Of a DNA stretch of 64,000 nt, positions 28,879 to 38,794 are shown piece by piece. Position 1 is the stretch's first letter, and each line of letters opens with the position of its first letter. Source of the stretch: an uncultured virus (IMG/VR IMGVR_UViG_3300026963_000002) (taxonomy: Duplodnaviria; Heunggongvirae; Uroviricota; Caudoviricetes; Thumleimavirales; Hafunaviridae); the IMG/VR virus record IMGVR_UViG_3300026963_000002; one strand, written 5' to 3'. The notes under the pieces are model-generated. The model searched no databases, was not told the DNA's origin, and worked only from the letters and a program-made list of their open reading frames with translations. Both the position numbers and the translations under genes were made by a program.

Positions 28879-29160
28879 TTACTCGCTGAGAATTTCGTCC
28901 GCTCGATCTCCATAGACCGCTTCCAAGTGTTGCCAGTTCGGAGGGTCGGGATTCTCTCGGAGAAAGATATTCACATCTTCTACGAACCTCTCGGAGACGT
29001 CTTCGAGATCATCGTCCTCCATATCCAACTCCCGTGCTACGAAGTCGATACCACAGAAGTCCCGTCCGTCGCTGGTCAGCTCCCATAGAACGTGTGCCCG
29101 GTCGCCATGCCGGGCTATTGCGTCCAGCTTCTCCTCCTCGGTCGCGTCAGAGAACTTCAT
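28879..29160 (-). CDS. Early hypothetical protein
   Basis: Acidic ORF. Confidence 0.65.
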   Translation of the reverse strand: MKFSDATEEEKLDAIARHGDRAHVLWELTSDGRDFCGIDFVARELDMEDDDLEDVSERFVEDVNIFLRENPDPPNWQHLEAVYGDRADEILSE

Positions 29161-29813
29161 TCGTCCTCCTTCTCTCGCTCCCGTTCCCGGCGAGCGCAGA
29201 TGTTATCGAGGAACAGCTTGAGGGAATATTCGGGAATCTCTCGGTCGGCGTTCTTCACGGCGACTCGTGGGCTGATTACCTCGAATGGCTCGTCGTCCGG
29301 GTCATACATCCGCCACTCTCCCTGTCCGAGAGCTTCGAGGGTGTACGTCACCGGCTCCTTCGAGGACAGATTGATGTGGTAGTCGTACTCGTACTGGACA
29401 CCCCGAGAGTGGAGAGGCCCTTCGAGCAGGTTTATCGCCTCACCCAATCCATCTCGGATTTCCTCGATGAAGCGGAGCTTCGTGATGATGTCGTTGTAGA
29501 ACCCGGCGAGAGCCAACTGGTGAACGGACTCCTGTTGGTCTTCCGGGTCGTTGTAGTACCGTTCCCCTCCCTCGTTGTAGAACCCTTCTTCGGCGTGGTA
29601 GATCACGCATCGCTGGTAATACTGAATCAGGTCGTGGTTCTCCACAGCGGCCTCAGCGATAGCCCACAGGGGAACGTCCTCGGGAATCTCGTCGGGGTTA
29701 TACGCCGAGGTTCGTATCTCGTCGCCTCCCTCTCGGGAGTAGTCGTAGTATCGCTTTGCGGTAGCCTGTACCTCTCGGATGTATGCCTCGAAGGAATCGT
29801 ACTTGTTGCTCAT
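29157..29813 (-). CDS. Early hypothetical protein
   Basis: MSNKYDSF... acidic. Confidence 0.65.
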   Translation of the reverse strand: MSNKYDSFEAYIREVQATAKRYYDYSREGGDEIRTSAYNPDEIPEDVPLWAIAEAAVENHDLIQYYQRCVIYHAEEGFYNEGGERYYNDPEDQQESVHQLALAGFYNDIITKLRFIEEIRDGLGEAINLLEGPLHSRGVQYEYDYHINLSSKEPVTYTLEALGQGEWRMYDPDDEPFEVISPRVAVKNADREIPEYSLKLFLDNICARREREREKEDE

Positions 29814-29880
29814 TATCACACCAGAATTACTGCTCCACCGCTCCCTCCTCGCCGCTTGAAGAAGTCTCGCAGAATCGCCC

Positions 29881-30735
29881 TCAGTTCCACACTTCAACCC
29901 CCGGAGTGTCCACGTAGAGCGGCCCGATCAGCTCGGCCACTTCGCTGAAATTCTCCGGCTTCACGATGAAGCCCCGCCAAGCGAGACTGAACTTCCCGAG
30001 GTCTTGCTCCTGAAGGGCGTCGTCCACGACTCGGCAGACGTGTTCGTTCCAGAGCCGGGGAATCACGAAGAACCCCTGAGGGAACTGTTCTATCTGGAAG
30101 GTCGTCGGCGTCTCTTTCGTGAGGGAACCCCATAGGTGGGTCTTCTCCGGGTCGCCGCCGTGGTGGGACACCCACATCTTGTTCAAGAGGCTCCGACGCT
30201 TCTCGTGGAGGTGGAGGACTTCGCGGTTCTCCGGTTCCATCAACGCATCGAGGCTGTCGATCTCGTTGAGGTGGGCCTCCAAGTCACCGACCGTGAGAAT
30301 CTTCGCCACGTTCTCGTTCAGCTCTGCCATCACTCCGTAGGGAGTGTCCGACTTCCACCCGTCCTCGATTGTTTGCTTGATGGTCGCCGGGTTCAGGACG
30401 AACCGCCGGTAGTAGGCATCGACCTTGTTGAACGAGGTAGTGTAGAACTGCTCGATGCGTCCGAACTCTGTCTCGTACACCGTAGGGTCGTCTTCGTTGC
30501 TGAACTCGGCGTCGGGCTTCTCCCGGTAGAGAGTCTTACTCTTACCGTTGAACCACTCCCGAATCCAGAACTCGTCATAGAGCGGAAGGGGGTCGTCGGC
30601 GTCGGTGAGCTTCCGGGCCTTCCACACCGGGTCAACTGGGTCGTTCGGTTCAAGCCGGGGCGGGCTGATGCTGTTCGCTTCGAGAGTGTTTACCAGCGAC
30701 TCTCCGGCCTTCGTCTCTATTGTAGTAGGAAGCAT
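29881..30735 (-). CDS. Early hypothetical protein
   Basis: MLPTTIET...; typical codon use. Confidence 0.7.
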   Translation of the reverse strand: MLPTTIETKAGESLVNTLEANSISPPRLEPNDPVDPVWKARKLTDADDPLPLYDEFWIREWFNGKSKTLYREKPDAEFSNEDDPTVYETEFGRIEQFYTTSFNKVDAYYRRFVLNPATIKQTIEDGWKSDTPYGVMAELNENVAKILTVGDLEAHLNEIDSLDALMEPENREVLHLHEKRRSLLNKMWVSHHGGDPEKTHLWGSLTKETPTTFQIEQFPQGFFVIPRLWNEHVCRVVDDALQEQDLGKFSLAWRGFIVKPENFSEVAELIGPLYVDTPGVEVWN

Positions 30736-30737
30736 CG

Positions 30738-31102
30738 TTATCGGGTCATTCGCCGCGCCGCCATTCCACCGACGAGCCGCTGGTGGTGCTGTCCACAGAG
30801 GATGAATCGCCCGGTGTCGTCCTCCGCGATCTTGCTCCCTTCGTAGGGGCAGGGGTCGTCGTCGGTCGCAACTGTTCGTCCGTGGTGACACATCTCGCCG
30901 CCGTGGTAGTGTTCAAAGTCAACCATTAGTGAGTCTCCGCGTAGTGCTGTTCGTGAGTCTTTGCGCTGAACATCGGGAGCTTGTCCTGCCACCACCGCTT
31001 CCAGAGACACCGGAAGTTCGAGCAACGAACTCCGTAGGAGCGTTCCTCAACATCCGAGTCACACGCAGGACAGTTCTCGGGGTAGTCGTCGTGTGGTTCC
31101 AT
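30738..31102 (-). CDS. Two Cys-rich microproteins (30738-30926; 30926-31102)
   Basis: MVDFEHYHGGEMCHH...; MEPHDDYPENCPAC... Confidence 0.5.
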
Positions 31103-31383
31103 TACTGAGTGACCTTCTTCGCACAGCTCCGGCAGTAGTACCGCTTGTCGCTGTCACTCGGGAAGGCGATTCGCCAACCGCCATTCTGCTTATCCCGAGT
31201 AACCGGCGTTCCGTTCAACCGAGGGCCGCCACATCTCTCACACTCTAAGGCCACGTTCCACCTCGGAACTCGATGAACCGGCCTTCGTCGTGATCGTAGC
31301 CGCCCCGAACCCTCTCGCCGCAGTCCTTACACCGCCAATTCGCCTGATAACCCCGACTGGAGAGCCACGTTCGGTTCTCGTGG

Positions 31384-31653
31384 TCACACATCCAGAGTCA
31401 ACTCCTGTATCTCGCTCGTTCGGAACGGCTTGCTCCGATCTTGTCCCTGAACCGTGGACTCGATAACGACCTCCGCGACCTTCTCGTGAGGATAGTCCTT
31501 AGCGAACACTCCGGCTTCTTCGAGCCTCGATGCGACTTCCCGCCGCGTTTCGAGAGGGAGCTTGTTCGGCTTGAGGTGGAACATATGTCCACCACGGGAG
31601 TCGTTCTTCGGTCGGGCTATCACGTCGTGGGTCTTGGTGTGAGTGACACTCAT
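31384..31653 (-). CDS. Early hypothetical protein
   Basis: MSVTHTKT...; overlap with upstream stop. Confidence 0.55.
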   Translation of the reverse strand: MSVTHTKTHDVIARPKNDSRGGHMFHLKPNKLPLETRREVASRLEEAGVFAKDYPHEKVAEVVIESTVQGQDRSKPFRTSEIQELTLDV

Positions 31654-32018
31654 CGGTTCTTTGGGTGGAAGATGTGGTTCTCGGGGTACTCTCGCTGAGC
31701 CGACCAGCCGAAGGACTTGAGCCACACCGAGAGACAGCCTTCGCAGAGGAAGACCGTCATATAGCCGCCGTTGATACCTCCGGTGTAGTCGCTCAGCACG
31801 CCCTTCTCCCGGCCTTCCCGACCACACTCCGGGCAGTAGTCGTCGTGGTGGTATCCCTCGAAGTGAATCCCCGAAGGCATCGACCGGAAGGGGTTGTCGT
31901 CGGAAGCGTGGGGTGGCTCGAACACCTCGGTATCCACTCCCCACGTTTCCACGAGGGCTTCCCGTCGTTCGATTCCGATTAACTCCTCTCCGTTGTTGTC
32001 GGTGGGTCTAACACTCAT
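31650..32018 (-). CDS. CxxC protein
   Basis: CPECG...CEGC. Confidence 0.65.
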   Translation of the reverse strand: MSVRPTDNNGEELIGIERREALVETWGVDTEVFEPPHASDDNPFRSMPSGIHFEGYHHDDYCPECGREGREKGVLSDYTGGINGGYMTVFLCEGCLSVWLKSFGWSAQREYPENHIFHPKNR

Positions 32019-32036
32019 TATTATGTCTCTGAGTCT

Positions 32037-32705
32037 TTATACCGAACCAACCAGAGTCAGCTCGTCGCTCAGGTAATCCTCTTGGAAGTCCATCTCGTCC
32101 TCCCAATCCTTCTGACAGTCCTCGCAGTAAGCGAACGGGTGGCTCCGACCTTTGACCTTCACTACGTGGTCGTGGTCACAAACCTCGTTCTGGTAGTGCC
32201 ATTCCTCCTCGCGGAGTTCGTCGATACGCTCGTCGATGGCCCAACGAATCCCATTTCGGATGGAAGTCTCGATCTCGGCCTCGTTGACGCCGTTCTCGTA
32301 AGCGTCCTTAATCTCTCCCGGCGTTGCCTCGACGGTGAACTCGACAGTAACCGTTCCCCACGTATCTCCGGTGTATTCCTCACATCGGAGCTTCGAGCCA
32401 CCACGGGAGCCGTGCTTCATCTCCCACTTCCCTCGGGAGTAGGGAACGACCTGCCAATCAGGGGAGCAGGAATACGTCGCCATCCCCTCGATGTGGCCCT
32501 TATGATCGTAGGTCTTCAGGGTGACGTGGGGCAACTTCACCCGAAGGTGCTTCATATCCCTCGGGTACAGCTCGAACCAGCGCCCCATCCAGCGGGCCTT
32601 CCGAAGTTTCCGCCACGCTTCTTCGTCGTTGGCGTGGAATCGGTAGTGGTAGTCCCGACCGTCCGGGTTCCCCATCCAGTCCTCGGGGTAATCGTCCCAC
32701 GTCAT
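32037..32705 (-). CDS. Early hypothetical protein
   Basis: C-terminal CDH...CEDC. Confidence 0.7.
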   Translation of the reverse strand: MTWDDYPEDWMGNPDGRDYHYRFHANDEEAWRKLRKARWMGRWFELYPRDMKHLRVKLPHVTLKTYDHKGHIEGMATYSCSPDWQVVPYSRGKWEMKHGSRGGSKLRCEEYTGDTWGTVTVEFTVEATPGEIKDAYENGVNEAEIETSIRNGIRWAIDERIDELREEEWHYQNEVCDHDHVVKVKGRSHPFAYCEDCQKDWEDEMDFQEDYLSDELTLVGSV

Positions 32706-32953
32706 TATGCTTCGACCTCCTCGATGGGGAGAACCAGCGGTTCTTCGTCGGTGTCTATCGGGTCTTCCGACCAGAAGAACACACCAAACGTCTCGGAGTC
32801 GTATTGGTGAACGTCGTAGGCTTCGGTGTAGTTCTCGTCGTCGTCAAACGCCTCGTTGAACGCTACGACAGCATCCACGTCCGACTCGGCGGTGACTATG
32901 ATCTCGTAGCGATTCTCTCTCGTCGGGTGGTCGGTGAATCCAATAACTGACAT
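32705..32953 (-). CDS. Early hypothetical protein
   Basis: MSVIGFTDH... acidic. Confidence 0.6.
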   Translation of the reverse strand: MSVIGFTDHPTRENRYEIIVTAESDVDAVVAFNEAFDDDENYTEAYDVHQYDSETFGVFFWSEDPIDTDEEPLVLPIEEVEA

Positions 32954-33062
32954 TCTCACTCCACGATGTAGTGGCCGTTCGGCGTCTCGTAGACAGTGCC
33001 GGGCTTCACGTAGTCGTCGTCCTCTGCCATCACTTCTTGAACCGCGATTTCCAGAATATCCA

Positions 33063-33338
33063 TTATGCGTATCCTGCTTGGTAGACCGCTTCCGCTTGCT
33101 CGAACTCCGATTCCTTCGCGTCGGTGAATACCTCGATCTCCACCACAGCACGGGGATAACCCTCGGTGTCAGCGGTGAAGTTCTCGTAGATAATCCAGCG
33201 ACCATCGAGGTCTTCTTCGAGAAGGTCTGTCGCCGCGAAAATCGCATCGAGGTCGTCGTCTTCATCCACCGCATACTCAGCGGCGAATACGTCCAAGTCC
33301 TCCTTCAGCCGGTCTATGAGGTGCTTTTCGAGACTCAT
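33063..33338 (-). CDS. Early hypothetical protein
   Basis: Acidic ORF. Confidence 0.65.
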   Translation of the reverse strand: MSLEKHLIDRLKEDLDVFAAEYAVDEDDDLDAIFAATDLLEEDLDGRWIIYENFTADTEGYPRAVVEIEVFTDAKESEFEQAEAVYQAGYA

Positions 33339-34033
33339 CCCTTGATGATTTGGAGTCCGTGGTTTGCTTCGAGGACGTGTTCCGCCGCTTCCTTCGTGGG
33401 GAAGGACTCGATAATATCGAACTGAACGCCGGTTTTTCCAACATCGAAGTACGGTTCTGTCGGGTCGATTAGGTGGTACTCGTTCATATTGTCACAATCT
33501 CAGGCTTCGCTTCGTGGTTCGGTTCCGCCGTAGGAGCCAAGCTCAGCTTGGGGCCGGTCGGTTTCCTCGAAACCATCACGGCTCCCGCCGCTGGTGGTTC
33601 GTCGTCGTCGCTCCCGCCGTCCCTCGGGTCGATCTTCAGGAGAGGGTTCGCGTTGCTCTCGTCGTCGCTTCCACTCTCGGTATCGCTCTCGGCGGATTCG
33701 TTGGGCAAGAATATCACCGCTCATAGTCTGGTTCGTAATCGAGGGCCGAGTATGCCTCATCAAGAGCTTCAGCAAGCTGGTAGCCAGCCGCCGTCTCTCG
33801 ATAATCCCGACCACAGTTCTTCAGCGCCTCACTCACTTCATCGGCAAGAGTCGCTAACGCCAGCCGGTCGATTTCTACGGCGTTGCTCATAGGTGAGCCA
33901 CCTTCTCCATCGGGTTGTTGAAGCCGTCCAGCTCGTCCATATCGAAGCCGGGTTCGTCGCGGTCGTCGTAACTTGCGTCGTCGTTCATCTCCGGGTCGTG
34001 GAAGTCGGGGTAGTAGTTGTCGTACATCGTTCT

Positions 34034-34327
34034 CTAAAGGTCACTCAGGGCCTTTTCCAGCGCCGAGTCGAACAGCGCCACAAGTTGCTCGATAGCCTGT
34101 TCCTCTCGGGGAATCGGCTCTCGCCACTCCCCGTCGATGCCGAGAATCAGGTATTCTTCCTCACTCGGGATTACGTCAATCCCTCCCCACGATTGGGGTT
34201 CCTCGTAGTACCTCGCCACCGAAGCCTTGCGGAGTCGGTAAGCGTAGTCTCCGATCTTCTTTTCGAGGTCTTCTTCGCTTAGGTCGATGCGTCGATCTGT
34301 CGTTGGTGTCTTTTCTGCTACTGCCAT
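34034..34327 (-). CDS. Early hypothetical protein
   Basis: MAVAEKTP...; preceded by GGTGACACC. Confidence 0.65.
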   Translation of the reverse strand: MAVAEKTPTTDRRIDLSEEDLEKKIGDYAYRLRKASVARYYEEPQSWGGIDVIPSEEEYLILGIDGEWREPIPREEQAIEQLVALFDSALEKALSDL

Positions 34328-34358
34328 CGGTGTCACCCGGTAGTTTTCACTACCAGAG

Positions 34359-34400
34359 GCTCCGCTACGGGGTCGAACCGTAGTTTTCGCCACTCGGAGC
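34359..34400 (-). ncRNA. Mini-tRNA element
   Basis: GCTCCG-AGTGGCGAAAA-CTACGG-TTCGACC-CCGTAG-CGGAGC. Confidence 0.7.
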
Positions 34401-34613
34401 AAAGGGTTAGAGTTGCTTACTTGAGTCTTTAGAGCCGATTGTAACCTCGTCGATGATCGGCTCGCTTGGCTCGTTCTAAGTCACAGTACCAGCAGTTACA
34501 GTCCGGTTTCAGGGAATGTGGTCGTTTCATTTGGGGTTACTCGCATCGAGTCGCTGTCCCCCGAAAAGTTCCTCACTCTAAGAGACAACGTTGCGGTATT
34601 AAGTCTTTGCTGT

Positions 34614-34964
34614 TTACATCCAAGCGCCGGTATATGCCGCTCCCCGGCCCTCTCGAATCTTCTCCTGTCGTTCTTTGCGTCGTTGCTCCTGCTTCTGAAG
34701 GCTCTTGAGTTTCTTCCCCGTCCCTCGGTAGGTCGTGATGATCGACTCATCCCTCGGGTCGATGACTACCGTGATGAGCTGGCCGCTCCATCGAGTCTCT
34801 AAGAGAACCCGTCCTTTGCGACCGAGGTGTGCCTCACCATTCTCAATCGCTTGGTCAATCGCACTCATCGGAATCCGTCGCTCCCGCCGCCGGTTCCCTC
34901 CGTGAGAAAGAGGGTCGTATTCGTAGTTCTTTGCGTCTCGGCTGAAAGTCGGTGTCTCGTTCAT
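34614..34964 (-). CDS. DUF4258-like protein
   Basis: SHG..RRRER.I....I.QAIENG...VVID....IITTY. Confidence 0.6.
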   Translation of the reverse strand: MNETPTFSRDAKNYEYDPLSHGGNRRRERRIPMSAIDQAIENGEAHLGRKGRVLLETRWSGQLITVVIDPRDESIITTYRGTGKKLKSLQKQEQRRKERQEKIREGRGAAYTGAWM

Positions 34965-34969
34965 AGTTG

Positions 34970-35299
34970 TCACTCGCTGTCGTGGTATTCGGAGTAGCGC
35001 CGCCGGTACTTCTCGGCCTTCTTCTTCGCCTCGATCTCGTCGTCGGTCAGGCCGGAGCCTTCGTATTCCTCAGGCTCCGACGTTTTCTCGTGGTGGGGAT
35101 GAATCTCACTCGGGTCGGGAGTCCATCCCATAAACTCAGCAAGTTCCTCTCCTTCGAGCAGTTCTCCCTCGCGTCGTTCCTCAACTACCGCTCCGAAGGC
35201 TCGATGCCTCTGGTCGATCTTGAGGTCAGCGCGGTGGCTCCATTGGTTTTCTTCCTCCCGTTGGGAGGTTCGTACCGTTCCGAGCCTCGGGGCGAACAT
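34970..35299 (-). CDS. Early hypothetical protein
   Basis: Packed ORF. Confidence 0.6.
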   Translation of the reverse strand: MFAPRLGTVRTSQREEENQWSHRADLKIDQRHRAFGAVVEERREGELLEGEELAEFMGWTPDPSEIHPHHEKTSEPEEYEGSGLTDDEIEAKKKAEKYRRRYSEYHDSE

Positions 35300-35468
35300 T
35301 ACTCGCTCTCCTCACTATCCGCCGCGTTGAGCGCCGCTAACTTGTCCATCTCACGTCGATAATCCTCGTCGCTAAGGGGGTTCGTGAGACTGCCAGCGCC
35401 GCCGCTACGTCGTGGGTATCGCTCTCGTCGTTCCATAGGTGTCACTCGTGGTAGCCGTTGCTACCGAG

Positions 35469-35509
35469 GCCCTTCCGGGGAGTCGAACCCCGGTGTCGCC
35501 ACTAAGGGT
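35469..35509 (-). ncRNA. Mini-tRNA element
   Basis: ACCCTT-AGTGGCGACA-CCGGGG-TTCGACT-CCCCGG-AAGGGC. Confidence 0.65.
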
Positions 35510-35537
35510 TATTGAAGCGTCTTTGAGTCTTTGCGCC

Positions 35538-36431
35538 TTACTCGGAGTTTTCGAGCAACTGCTGAAGAAGGGCGTCCTTCTCGCGCTGGCTCATCTCACT
35601 CACGTCGGGAACCTCCGGCTCGGGAAGTTCGACGTGTTCCTCGTAGTCTTCCCAGTTGAGACTGATCTGATTCTCTACGATGTGAACCAGCAGAGCCTCG
35701 CCGTACTTGTTCCCGATACCCTTCACTTCCGTAGGGTCGAATAGTTCCTCGGGAAGATCGAGGCCGGTGTCACTCTCGCCGTCGCCGCCGCTGTTGCTCT
35801 TATCGTTCGATTCCGCCGTTTCATCGACTTCGACTTCTCCGAAGTAGTCACTTAGAAGGGTCTTGAGGCGTTCCTCGGCTTCCTCGTAAGTCGGGACACT
35901 CCCGACCTCGAAGCCTTCCGCCGCCTCTTGACGACCTTCACTTGCCACTACCGGGACAATCGGCTCCCCGTCGCTGTTGATGGGAACCATCACGGTGTCA
36001 CTTGCCTCGATGATTTCCTCCGAGAGCAGTAGCTCACGCTGGAACTCATCCGCTTCGGCAAGTGGCTTCACACCGAACCCGCCGTTTTCCTCCTTTAAGG
36101 AGTCGTACTTGCCACTAAAGGCGTTGTAGTCGTTGGCGGTGTAGTCGGTGGAAAGGTAGAACGCTCTCCCGAGAGAGCCGTCGCTATCGTTAGCCTCGCA
36201 CGGCTCGATCAGGTTCACATTCCGGGGCGCTTCACACCACTTAGCGATTTCACTCTCGCCGCCCTTCTTCACAGAATCCTCTCCGAACGCTTTGCGAACC
36301 TCGTGAGCGAGGCTCACCACGGAGTAGTCGTCCTTCTGGAGAAGGTCGTAGAGGTCACTAACAGGGTTAGCGCCGATCTTGCTCACCGTATTCTCAACGA
36401 AGTCGCCGTCGCTGTTGACTTTCACAGACAT
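35538..36431 (-). CDS. First early protein, acidic, unknown function
   Basis: MSVKVNSDG...; possible HhH (GIGNK) near C-terminus. Confidence 0.75.
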   Translation of the reverse strand: MSVKVNSDGDFVENTVSKIGANPVSDLYDLLQKDDYSVVSLAHEVRKAFGEDSVKKGGESEIAKWCEAPRNVNLIEPCEANDSDGSLGRAFYLSTDYTANDYNAFSGKYDSLKEENGGFGVKPLAEADEFQRELLLSEEIIEASDTVMVPINSDGEPIVPVVASEGRQEAAEGFEVGSVPTYEEAEERLKTLLSDYFGEVEVDETAESNDKSNSGGDGESDTGLDLPEELFDPTEVKGIGNKYGEALLVHIVENQISLNWEDYEEHVELPEPEVPDVSEMSQREKDALLQQLLENSE

Positions 36432-36489
36432 AGTTCGTTGGGTGTCACTTAGTGCTACTTTCCGAAGGGGAAGCACCAAACCCCCCATT

Positions 36490-37833
36490 CCGACTCAAGG
36501 AGAGAGATGACTCTCACTCACTCAAGTCGTGGTTGCTTAGCACGGGGCTTAGCCCCGTAAAGCCTCAATCCCCCGTCAATTCGGGGTTGGCTGTCGCTGG
36601 AACCTTTACGTCTATCCTTCCCCGTCCCTTACGGGACGGGCCGAACATACGAACGAGCGAATTAAGTGTGACACTTACCCCTCAAAGCCGATTGCTATAC
36701 GCTACGCTGTGCGATCTGCTCGCTATGCGGAGTTTCAAATCTCAAAGAGTCTTTCGCGTTAATCGCTATGAGCATTCGCTCTTGACTACTACGTACTTCT
36801 CCCTACGAACCTGTTTATGGCATAGACTTTCGTTCCATAGGCTAAGCGCCTATTGTTTTAACCGTAACCGCATCCGAAAGTGGGTGGGATTCACGTTTCC
36901 ATAGATGTATCTAATACATCTGGTTCGACAGTTTCGAGACGTTAATCGCTCGATGTGTCTATTTTCGTCACTCTTTGCCCTAAGGGACGCTCTTTGTCCG
37001 GGCCATACTCCCCCTATCACCTGAAAATACTCCCCGGAAAGCCGCTTTCCGGTTTCGGGCCTACATACCGGGACGGGGCCGCTTTCGCGGGCCGTCCCGT
37101 TCGGGCCGTACTTCAAACGTAACACCGGGAAAGGCGTTCGGGGCCGAACTATGCTACCTTTGAGGTTATCTCCGGGCGCATTCGGGGCCTTTCCTTTGTC
37201 GTATCAGGGGCCGGGCCGGATTTCTCGATCACATATCGTTTCGTCCGACCGGCCCCCTCTTTCCCGCCCCGGCCCCGTAGGGCCGGTAAATCTCCCCCGT
37301 ACTAAGACGGGCCTATGTGGTTTCGGGCCGTTTCGGGCCGTTTCCCGGTTATCTCCCCGTCTCTCGGGGAATTGTCGGTTAATCCGACGTTTCCGTACTA
37401 ACGACCTTACTAAGAATCCCGGCCCCGGCTTCCACGCCGGGGTTTCCGGCCCCTAAGGGCCGTTTCACCGTGAAAGACGGGCCGTTTCCGGCCCCGTCTC
37501 CTACATTTCGTAAGGGTCAATTCGGCCCGTAGTTCCGTCTCTCCGGTCGGCCCGAAACAGGGGCCGAAACGGGGAGATTCTACCTACTGGCCTACTTACC
37601 CGCCCCCGACCGTTCGAGGGGAGATTAGCGGTAATTCCGTTTGAAGGTGGCAACGTGCTAACGAAAACCTCCAACGGGGGGCGCATATGGCAACGCCCCC
37701 GATACCGGGACTTAAGCCGGTTTTCCGGGGTTTCCGGGCCTTTAACGCCGGGGAGTATATCCCCCGGCCCATTTCAGGGGGCCGACCGCCCCGGATAACA
37801 TCAATCCGGGGCGGGCCGCTTTCACCGAGCGAC
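36490..37833 (-). ncRNA. Candidate large structured non-coding RNA / leader
   Basis: No halophile-like ORF; many hairpins with GAAA, GTAA and TACG loops on - strand; TTATATATA box at 37857-37865. Confidence 0.6.
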
Positions 37834-38120
37834 ATATATACCAAGCATCCGGGGGGTATATATAAGTGACGGGTGTAGAACCATTATATACTATTAATCC
37901 GGTAGAGACGGGCGGTAGACGGGCCAACTGACGAATGTAGTTTCAACGACATAGTAGAAATAACCGGCAAGTATTGTAAACTGACAGGGTTTAGTAGTAG
38001 TTATACATATAAAGGTAAAAGTGTGAGAGTGTCGAACGCGGGGAATACAAGCCTCGATGCGGTAATATAGTGGGTAAAAATACCGGCAAAGAGATTTAAT
38101 AAGTAAGACGGTGAAAGTGC

Positions 38121-38610
38121 CGAAACACCGACGGACGGACGGGAGACGGCCCACAACGTACAAACAGGGGAAACGCGGGCCGGAACGCGAGAGACGGAAC
38201 GCGCGGGACGGGACGGGAGACGGACGGACATAGGAGAGACGGACGGGACGGCCCCCGTACTTGCCGAACGCGGCGTTTTCAGGGGCGGGGAGATACCGGA
38301 TAACGGCCCGTATGGACGGCCCGAGAGGGGGAGAGACGGCCCGCGCGGGGCGTGAGACGGCCCCAGTAGGCCCGAGAGACGGGACGGGACGGACGGGACG
38401 GGGCGGGCCGTGAGTGAGATCGAGAGGGACGGGCCGACCGGGACGGACGGGACGGGCCGACCGGCCCCAGTAGGGACGGGGCGGGACGGGGCGGGGGCCG
38501 ACCGGAGCCACTAACGAACAGGCAGGCACGCCGCCCGCGCGTAGGGTGGCCAACAACGCACATATCAGCAGGTACAAGCCCCAACGACCGGGCCGAGGGA
38601 CGAACAGGGA
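38121..38610 (+). repeat. Purine-skewed GGGAC/GGAC low-complexity tract
   Basis: Many GGGACG/GGACG units, very few T, direct repeat CGGCCCCAGTAGG at 38358 and 38462. Confidence 0.8.
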
Positions 38611-38794
38611 GTTAGAACATTAAGGCACATTCCGCACACGAGCTTTAGTAAGTAGCTCTCAGAATTTTCACCTCTGAGGTCAGAAAAATCGGTTTTTCTT
38701 CTTGGGTCGGGTGGCGGGGACGAGCTGGTGTGGACGGCCACTACGTGTTTCTTGGAGAGGAGTTCTCCTTTCTCGTGGGAGAACACGACTGAGA

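Noticed and set aside
38121..38610. Possible CRISPR array or iteron array
   Set aside because: No constant repeat with regular unique spacers
36452..38786. ORFs in the junction region (e.g. 37894-38577, 37151-37456)
   Set aside because: Pro/Arg/Gly-rich products explained by low-complexity GC-rich DNA, unlike the acidic real genes
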